A DNA stretch of 64,000 bases from Vitrella brassicaformis CCMP3155 (lineage: Eukaryota; Protista; Chromerida), in contig CDMY01000500.1 of assembly GCA_001179505.1 (NCBI GenBank), positions 1-64,000 on the forward strand, written 5' to 3'. Shown piece by piece: positions 23,440 through 33,146 of this stretch. The stretch's first letter is position 1, and each line of letters opens with the position of its first letter. The notes under the pieces are model-generated. The model was not told the DNA's origin, searched no databases, and worked only from the letters and a program-made list of their open reading frames with translations. Position numbers and translations under genes: made by a program.

Positions 23440-24955
23440 CTACTGCATCTGCATGACGAACATCCGCCGCCCACTCGCCGAGGTGACCGTCTCGATGCCG
23501 ATACGGCGCAGCAAACATTCCTCGCAGAAGCATGGCTCCTGCACACATGAGAAAACAACACAACACAACACCACACAAGAGCACACACCCACAGATGTGA
23601 TGCGCGGGGGCGGGGTGACTGGCCAGGCGTATCTCTCACCTGCTGTGCGGGATACTCGGCGTTCATGAGTGTGTCGGTCAGGTTGTACTGGTCGAGGATG
23701 GGACGGGCAGCCTCCACAGCGACGGGATGGCGAGCGGCGATGGCCGTGGCGCCCTCCACTGTGCTCTCCGTCGTGTATATGGCCACATGTCCGTTGCCGA
23801 CCTGACGCGCACACCAATGGGACACACACACATAGATATGGGGCGGCACGGCACACCGCAGCTTCCACTCACTCACCGAAATGAAACTGTTGACGGTGTC
23901 GCCGTGTTTCAGCCCCTTGAGCATGATGATTCGCCGCAGGCCATCGTCAGCGCCCCAACGGTAGCTGAGAGACAAGCAGGAGACTCCATACCTACGCATC
24001 GATCCATCTCAGTCAGTGTTCTGCACCGCACCGACCTGTCGTGATAGTCCACCGCCGTGTATCCCTCCAACCTGTCCGTCAGGAGCGAACGGAAACGTTC
24101 GTCCCTCTGACCGACACACCAGACGCAACACTCACTTCTGGTGAGAACTCGGTGGTGAGTACGGATCGTGGGGGATATATGTGTGTGCCCACCTTGTTGA
24201 GGTCTTCGCTAACGACCACGGTCTCCCGCACCCCCTCCCCCGCTTGCTTCCCGCAGCTGTTGATGAGGTGCCACACCAGCATGGCGCTGAAGTGGGGAAA
24301 CGTCAGCGTGCTCTGTACCGTCCGCACGGGCGGATCCTCTGGGTTGTAGCTGGCCCGATACATGTGGTTCACGCACATCTCGCTGAGCTGCACGACGTGG
24401 AATCGCAGTCCGAGGATGCTGTAGTTGCCTTCTCCGTCGCTGCGCTGCAGTGCCATGCTCCTTCCCCGGTGCGTCAGCTGGTCTCCGATGATGCTGTATG
24501 CCGCCATGGCGAGCGGCAGGCGGTTCGTCGACGGGGCGGGGCATGATGACACGATGAGACGTTTCTGCTGTGGAGGGGTGATGCGGTAGATGTTGGCCAT
24601 GCGTATGAACGACGCAATGACGCTCCACTCATACGTGCCCTGCTCAAGCCTAAGAGGTGCAAAGACGCACAGAAACGTAGATCAATGGATCCTTGGGCAC
24701 GAACGGTAGTGTCTGTTGGACTTACATATCAGCAGAATTCGATAGCCACCCCGCGTCATCCTCACCGGCACCCTTGATCTCAAGCAGGCCATCGAGAGAG
24801 TGGCGAGCGAGGGGGGTATTGATGCGCTCTATGACACGCGCCATTGGAACCTTCTTTCCCCGGGCCCTTGCGAGCTTTGAAGCGATCATCGGTGTCTTCC
24901 TTCCCGTCTCCATTTCTTCTTCCGGAGCTCTCTGTGGGGCATTCCCTGCCTGCAT
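23440..24955 (-). CDS. Lineage-specific hypothetical protein, intron-containing paralogue of 4470-5495
   Basis: Spliced exons: ...MLEQGTYEWSVIASFIRMANIYRITP...LAMAAYSIIGDQLTHRG...RIIMLKG...VGNGHVAIYTTE...; at least four GT-AG introns. Confidence 0.75.
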
Positions 24956-25058
24956 TCCCTATTCTCATTGCAAGTTTCATCCTTTCCTCTGACAACCATT
25001 CCCTATCCTTTCTCGGAGCGCCGATTGCCGCTTTATCCCTCTACTATCGTCAGCTGCA

Positions 25059-28000
25059 ATGAAGCGCTTTCTGATCCTGATTATCCTCTCACTCAGCCTG
25101 AGCGTCCAGTCTGCATCCACTTCTCAGCTGGGAGCACAACATGCCGGGGCCTCCTTCCCTTCTGAGACCACTCATCGAATCGTCGAGAACCTGGATGACG
25201 CTGCCACTGCAAAGCGGCTCCGGGATGAGTTCCGTCAGCTACCATCATTGCTGCAGCTCGTCAATCAGACGTCAGCTAAATCACTGCAGAATGCCACTGA
25301 CGACAGGTGGTCGGCGCTGGCGAGGATACTCCCTACTTCTGCGGTCCATGACACCATCAGTCGGCTGATATACATGGTAAAGGCCCTCAGAGACCTTATC
25401 CCGTCGAAGGCTAAGCCTCCCGTGAATGAATCGCATGTGCCCTACGCCCCTTCTTTTGACCGAAAGAACATCCCCTACTACAATCCCCTGAAGCACGAGG
25501 TCTCTCGTGCGCCCTCGATTACACCGACCTTCCCGCTGTATAGAGAAGGTGCGGCACAAGCCAAAGCTCAGAAACCGAAAGCTGGCTATCGGCCGGCAGA
25601 GGAGCATGTTTTCCCCGAGACAATCGCACCTGCAAAAATCGAGGAGCAAGTGCCTGTGGAAGTGCGGATCCCGCTGCCCTATCGGCCACCGACAGAACCC
25701 ACAATGCCGCTCCGCAACTTCTCTGATTTCAACCTGGGTGGCCAGCAGGTATGGCGAGCTCTTGCAGGTAGAGACATGGCTCCTCACGAGCTCGAAAGGA
25801 TTCCGCCGGCTCCTTACCCCTCTGAGAGACGTCCTCCCTCTGTCCCCCAAAAGATGCTTCCAGAGGAGCCCCCAGTGTCACCCTATATAGGGGAAATGAA
25901 ACCGAATGGGTATGCTACAGAGGCAATGAAAGAGGGACTACTGTCTTTGAGTGTGTGATGCTGGTCTGTTGGGCTGATCTGTTGAACGCAGGACGCGACA
26001 GCCTGTCGCGCCTGCCCCTTATCACGTCCACATCCATGTGAAGATACCCATGCCTCCGACCGCCCCAACCACTCCGCCTGCGCCAGTAGTTCCTAAGAAG
26101 AAGGCAGAGAGCAGTACTGCGTCACCGGCAGAAGAGGAGGAGACGACAGAAGAAGAGCTGGAGGAGGTGACAGGCCATCGCCCGTCAAGAGAGAAGCCCC
26201 TTGAGCCAGTGACGGGCCATCCCCCACCAGAAGAGGAGGAAACGACGGAAGAAGAGCTGGAAGAGGTGACAGGCCATCGCCCGTCAACAGAGAAGCCCCC
26301 TGAGCCAGTGACGGGCCACACGCCAACCCGAGCCCCTGCGCGCGGCAAATTAGAAGAAGGGGAGTGGATTCCAATCGAGAAAGAGAGGGCCCTGGAGAAG
26401 GTGACAGGCCATCCTCCTCCTTCGCCGCCTGTGACACCAAAGGAAGAAAGAGAACAACGACTCGAAGAGACACGGGGCCATCGGCCGCTAGAACAAAGGC
26501 ATGAGGGCGAGAAACAGCTCGAGAAGACAGAAGGGCATTCAAAGGAGAGGAAGGCTTTTCGTCGCGTGCCTGTGCCATGGTATGAGCCACGTGTCAGCTC
26601 ACCAGGCTTTCGACAGCCAGAAGCGCCAGCAAAAGAGCTCCCACCGATGCCCCCTGAAGTTGCTGAGAAGAAAAAAATCGAAGAGGAACTTGCACCAGAG
26701 GGAGAATCTTACTTGGACGAGCTCGACTGGATTCCTGTCAGCCATCCAATGTTTGAAAAAGAGTCACCTGAGCCCATGTCTGTTCGTGAGGTTCATCCAT
26801 TTCCAGCCGGAGCACCACCCGAAGCGCCTATAGCAGCCATGAGAAGAGGAGAGGAGCTTGAAGAAGAGTCACAGCCACGAGAGCGAGTTCGAGTCGGGAG
26901 GAAAGAAATCGCCCGCCGGGTCCATGCAGCAAAGCCAAAACCTCCGCCGAGGCGGACAAAGACACCAGTCCCTCTGGACATGGGTGCCACTCTGAAAGAG
27001 TCCCTCGAAAGATGTACCGGCATTACAGAGGAGTTGAGAAAGGAAAAAGCGGACATTCACGAGGAGGTAACCACAAAAAGCAATGTCAATGCCATGTGAT
27101 TGCCATTTGCATGCAATTCAGCTGATTCGATCCATCCGCACGGAAAACTATAATCGCTTCCTCAAAACCCTGTGCACACTGGTGAGAGTCCATTCAATGA
27201 ACTGTCCTCGCGAAGATCATGTGTTCTGTCAATTTCATCTCAGAAATCTCCAGAACTCAACTACAAGACGAGAGTGAGCGAATCGCGCGATGATTCGGCA
27301 CGCTTGCGACCGTCTTGTGCGTGTTGTTGCCAGGCGGGAGGAGACACTGCTTTGACCACTGCGATGAAGCTGCGGCTTGATGCGGAAAGGTTTGTAGAAG
27401 CCTTGTTGGAGGGCGGAGCCGACATAAACCTTCCCAGAGGGGTAACACAACATGCGGCACGCCAACCAGCTTACGTCTGTCGTTTTCGTCAGGATGGAAC
27501 GACGCCTTTGATGCGTGCTGTACTCGGCCATAATCCAGGCATCGTGCAGCTTGTCCTCGACAAGAAGGCTGACATGGATATTCAAGACGCGGCAAGTCGA
27601 ATCTCACAGTACTGCAGGATTTAAGGCATGAGCTTTCATGTCTTGTCTGGACAGAATGGCAAAAGTGCGTTGATGCATGCCGTCGAGGGCGGTGACGATG
27701 ATTTAATGCGCTTGCTGGTCAAGTCGGGCGCAGACCTCACAAAGAAGACAAAGGTAGAGATGTTTTTACCCATGTATACTCAGCATGTGCCACTGTGTCT
27801 CTCCAGAAAGGAGATACGGCGCTTCATCTTGCTATCCGTAGGGGAAGTGTTCCCGCCCTTCAAGCTTTCATAGCGGCTGTCGAGGACAGAGAGAAAGCAA
27901 CGGGCCCTACCGATGTCGGTGGTGAGAAAGGAAAAGAAGAGCCAAGGCCACCACCTCACAAAAGCAGCGACGAGGGAGTGGAGGAGAAGCCGACAGAGAT

Positions 28001-31000
28001 GACCGAGGGACACACGCCAACCCGACGCCCTGCGCGCGGCAAATTGGAAGAAGGGGAGTGGATTCCTATCGAGAAAGAGAAGCCCCCTGCAAGTCGCGAG
28101 GAGGAACCATCGACTGGCAAGAACGCCGCGACACCATCAGCGACTACGTCCGAGGGCGGCGCGGCATCTTTCGTGGAGCCTGAGGACGATGTGAGCTTCA
28201 GCAGCCTCGTAGATGCTTCTACAGAGACGCGAGTTTTCGTGCAGAGACATCGCGAAAGACGAGATGATGAGAGCCAGAGCGCGGCATCGCCTCTGCTAGA
28301 TATCACTGCGCCGAATCTGGTCAGGAGCAAGAGAGGAAAACGGGAAAAATCGATTAGTGCTTTGGACGTTTTGTGCTGTGCGTATGCTCGCTAGGTGTCC
28401 GACACGCCTCTTTCGACTGCATTAACTTATGCAGTTGAGCGAACGCAGAATTTTTCTGTTCTCTTTTACCGTGTTTTGTCTTTCTCAGGAAGATTCATTT
28501 GCACGGCTTTTGCTTGAGAAGGGCGTGGCGCCAAACCCCGAAAACCTGCACAAATACAATCCTCACGGTGTTTCACCAATTATCAACGCAGCATCCAATA
28601 ACTTTGCCGAAGATATTATGATGAAAGTCATTAAGGTGAAAAAACACACGACTGTCAGCAGGAATGTGTCTTGATGCTTTATCGATGCCTCTTTGTGTGC
28701 CGCGCTCAGCTGGCAGAAAAGGGGCGAGATGCTTTCCTGTGCACGGCCAAGGACGATAAAGGAAGGGGTCTCATATGGTACGCGGCAAGCCTGATGCGCC
28801 TTTTGTTGTCTCATCGGTTCTTGCTCTAAGTGGGAGGCGCACAATGGCCATGTACGAGCTATCAAGGAGCTCTTGAGCCATTTCAAGGCTGTAGTCGAAG
28901 CCAGACTGCCAGGATCCAAGTTCTGCGATCCACACAAACCAGATGAAGCAGGTACTCGATTGAGTCACTCAGTTCCGCCAACAGTCTGACATCGTGTTTC
29001 TTGGCAGGCGACACACCTCTGCTGGCGGCCATGGAGAGCGGCAACAACCTCGGTGACCTGGAGGGCATCAAGACACTTTATACCTGTCTCAACCCAGTGG
29101 ATGGAGACACAGCTATTCTCGATGCTCTCCAACAAACAAAGGACTTCGACATCATCAGCAGACTGATTTCGCGCAGGCCTTCGCCGGTAGAACCCACATT
29201 CATGCGATCGATATAGTGGCGCTCGGCTCGGTCTCCTTGTGTGTCTGTTTGTTTGTTTGTTTGTTTGTTTGTTTGCTGGCGCAGAGCTTCGACCTCCTCC
29301 GTTTCGACACACCGAACGATCTCTCTGAGACTGCCCTGCCGAAGTCTGTCGCCCTACAGAAGAAGAACAGCTTTCGACTGCTCCTCCGAGTTGCAGTCGA
29401 GGGCGAATTCTTCAAGGAAATCGACAAGGCCCTTTACACAGCGGCATGTAAGCAATCCGTACGAGCCTCGAATGGGCAAATGCCAATTTTTGGTTTGCAG
29501 TGATGATGAGTGACGATGAGGTCGACGCAATAATCGAGGCTCGTCCCAAGGCCGTCGAAAACGTGCTGTCGATGCTTCAGTACAAGTAAGAACTGTATCG
29601 TCTGCAGAAGGCCTTGATTGGTGGGTTGCCCGCTGCAGGGGTCCTCGAGATAGTAATGCAGCTCTCCACATCCTCGACATGCTGCCATCCAATTTTCCGA
29701 AATTCACAGATCCGAAAGATGCAAATCCCCTGCGGGTAAGCCTTCTCAATGAACAGTCACGTATGTTTCTCGGATAGCCATGCGTATTTCTGTCTGTATA
29801 GAGGGCGACACTTGCGTCTGAGCTGGCAGTTGTGCGCAAGATGACCGCCCCTAGCCACTACCCCTTCCTCACGCCGCGGCACTTGAAGCTCACATTGCAA
29901 GCGGTGATTGAACAAGTACGAAATCCACATATCTTTCTCCAGCAAAGAGCGATCGTGGAGAGGAGAGATAACAACACGTCAATATCGCACCGAGATGCAG
30001 AAGCCTTGAGCAGCACCAACTCGTCTGAAGCCCCGCCTAGTGAACCTGATTCGATACGGCGGCTGATGGCTTCACAGGGTATTCTCGCGGCGGTGCGGCG
30101 AGCAAACATCTCTGAGACGGCCAAGGAGATGAAGAAGAGGGGCGACGACAAGTATGCGTCCACCGATGCAGCCGACAGCGCCAGCCGCAACAAGCGAAGG
30201 ACGGCGATCCTTGCGACTCTTTTCAAGTAAATGACATGATGATTCGAAAATGGCTGTCAAGGCAATGCTGTCATTGTTGTGCAGCTGTCCGGTTGTCGAT
30301 GTGGATTCGTTTCTTAAGCGCTTCACTTTGATCGTGACCATAATCTCGTCGGTGTCTTATGCTTTGTGGCTTGTTGTGATTTCACTGCTCGTCTACATGA
30401 CTTCCTGGCCCCACATCGTAAGCAAAGCCATATCGCAGCCTGTGGGCTCGTATGGATGGATAGACGGATGGACGCGTACATCCATCCTCGTGGTCTTGCT
30501 GCATCCAGGATATTATAAGCCTTCTGCCTGAGCCATCCGACTACAGCTTTAGTAAAGGTGACCAAGGGCAAGGACAGAGCTAAGACAGACGTGAGCACCG
30601 GGTGTGTCTTGGCTCTTCACAGCGTCATGGATATCCGTCCTCTCGTTTGTCGGCCACCAAACGACTGCCTTTGCATGGTAAGACAGGAGACATGGTCCAG
30701 TCAAGTAGTCGCGTTTTGTATTTCTGTCAACCCAATCAGGGATGTGACGACTATGGAGATGATTATTCACTGGGCGATGATCGTCATGCGCCTTGTGAGC
30801 CTCTTCGGCGTCATCGCATACCTCTTCTACGTGCAGCGGTTCCTCCACGCCATCTTTCCCTTGGTGCTGGCCGTCCTGGTGGCAATGATTCGGGGCGTCC
30901 AGTCCTTTTGCTTCAACACAAAGGACAACCGAAGCATGGGCACAGGTGAGAAGGATCCACGGCTCCTGAGCCTCAGCCAAATTACGCCGACAATGTTAAT

Positions 31001-32372
31001 GTGCCCGATGGATGGCAACAGATCTGCTAAGGCCAGGCACAGAAGCCGAGGATTTCTGGGCGGACGACTTGGAGAACCTGATTGCCCAACCCGAGTACCA
31101 CGACAAACCCGAGCACCTCCGCGTGAGTAGTGCAAGCTGGTCTCCTTTTTTGTTTGCATCACTTGTTGCTGGTTGCTTTCCTCCTCAGGACTACTACGAG
31201 GGACTGAAGCTGGCGACTCGGGTGACGATGCCTCAGTACCTGACCGTATGTGTCGTCTCGGGCACGGCGGCCTTCATCTTCTCGATGGCTTCGTGCATCC
31301 TTCGGCTGGCATTCATGAACTATCTGGAGTTCTACCGATTCACTCGGGCTTATGAGCTCACCAGAGACTACCTGTGAGACAGAACCCATACAGACATCCG
31401 CTTGCATTGTCTCGTGTGTATTGCAGCTGGTTGGCCGTGATTGCGGAGCTGCTGCTGATTCTCAACACGTGGATCATCGCTATGGATTTCATGAAGCCCC
31501 TGAGTCTGCTTATTCTGCAGTCGTCGTCTCACTGGCGGCTGCTTAAGCACTTCATGCGTGATTATAACCACAGGGGGCTCATCGAGGTCAGCGACGAGGA
31601 GTTCAACCAGACACTCACCGACTGGCTGGACGCACGGTGGGCGGGACACACGCTTATTCGCGCGTCCATCTGTGCGCCGGCCATTTCATGCTTGCTGCCT
31701 GCCAGGCAAGACATACTTGACAAGTTGGAGCTCCGCCGCAATGCCTTGCGGGCGCCTTCTCCTCTATATCAGCAATCCTACTCAGTAAGTGCATCCTTGC
31801 GTACACGTCTTTTCTCGAACATCCTCTTTGTGTGCGGTGTGTTTGATGTGTCAGTCCTCTTGATATGGCAGGCGGCCTTTGCGGTGTACTGCTTCTTGTC
31901 GGGCGACACCGGCTATAAGTACCTGTCAACCATACTGACGGAGGAGCTGAGCTTCTACTTGTATATCCTGGCTGTGAGCGGCATCCTCTTGTGCATCGTG
32001 ACCATCATATTCGGCGGACTCGCAAACGATGTAAGCAAGGCAGAACGGGATCTGTATGTTGCGTTGTTTTTCGTTTGTGGATGGCCATCTGTCACCGATA
32101 AGGTGGCGTCCAAGCACTGGTTCCGTCTGAATGACCTGCTGCGCCGCCTGCCACACACAGCCGAGAGAAGAAAGAGCCTCGAGCGGGCATCCATGTCTCT
32201 CAAACCTGAAGACCCTGCCTTCACGGTATACCAAGCCGCTGGAGTATCCCCTCCCAACCCCATCTGTGTGCTCTTGTCTGTGCAGGTGTGGGGCATCACA
32301 CTGACTCCCATGGTGTCTTTCGTCCTTACCTTCCTCCTGGTGACGTGCATCATCCTTGGATCACTTGTGTAA
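25059..32372 (+). CDS. Large multi-exon protein: hydrophobic N-terminus, Pro/Glu-rich repeats, ankyrin repeats, C-terminal multi-TM domain resembling GRL/DUF3537 7TM ion channels
   Basis: Phase-compatible joins from ORF 25059 (intron 25910-25991) through ORF 26038 (donor ~27067) into ANK exons (GGDTALTTAMK, GTTPLMRAV, GKSALMHAV, GDTALHLAI, GVSPIINAA, GDTPLLAAM). About 7-8 hydrophobic segments from ~30290, ending ...GGLAND|KVASKHW...KPEDPAFT|VWGITLTPMVSFVLTFLLVTCIILGSLV*. ANK is confident; the GRL call and single-gene status are inferred. Confidence 0.7.
26129..26330 (+). repeat. In-frame 99-nt (33-aa) tandem repeat, 2 copies, plus further VTGH(R/P)P motifs
   Basis: EEEETTEEELEEVTGHRPSREKPLEPVTGHPPP / EEEETTEEELEEVTGHRPSTEKPPEPVTGHTPT. 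Confidence 0.9.
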
Positions 32373-33146
32373 GCATTCACAGGCATATTCTCGATTTTTC
32401 AGCATCATGATTGCGTGTATGCGCTGCAGCTATGCCGACAAGAGCGTTATGGACCGATTTGCACCGCAGGAAGACAGGCTGGCAATGCCCCAGGATACGG
32501 CATCGAGGCTTCAGCTAAACGAGGGAATGATAACGCATGCGGCACTCAGACGGCCGGGGACAGACGTGTTGGATCTGCCCACTGACGACAAAAGGAGAAG
32601 AGACCGTGTCAGTGAGTCTCTCCCAGAGATCAACGCGACCGTAAACAAGACATACCAGCACGCCGGCAACCGGACGTCGCTGTCCCATGGCACGCTATTT
32701 GAGTGGCTGCTGGGGCGCCCGTCGAGCTTGTCTGCATCCCTTATCAGCCTGAAACCGTATATACGGCATGACTCCGCCAGCGATGAGTCACAGGAACTTC
32801 AAGGCGAGATGAATAGCAAAAGATAGGGCAGTGGCGACCAGCGTACTGAGGATGGAAGGGCGACAAGGAAGGAGTGATGCATGTAGGCGGGAGGAGACAT
32901 AGATTGGTGACTGTCTTTGGTACAGTACTCTGTGGCTTGAAGCGATTGTTTGCGTCCGGCCGCAGTCCGGCGCTTAGCGAGTGAAGGTAGCATCTATGTG
33001 ATTGGCTTTTGGACATCATTGCAGTGTGTCGTGAGAGACCTTGAGTGCGTCTTTTTTTTAACTGTTTTCCAACGGCTGCCGTACGCGGTACTGTGGCTGT
33101 GTGTGTGTGTGTGCTGGGGCGGGAATCTCCGAGACTGCGTGTCGAG

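Noticed and set aside
27340-32372. Calling the ankyrin-plus-TM gene a TRP channel
   Set aside because: No recognisable S5-pore-S6 or TRP box, and the protein ends immediately after the last TM; the terminal motif fits GRL/DUF3537 better. Not excluded without a structure search.
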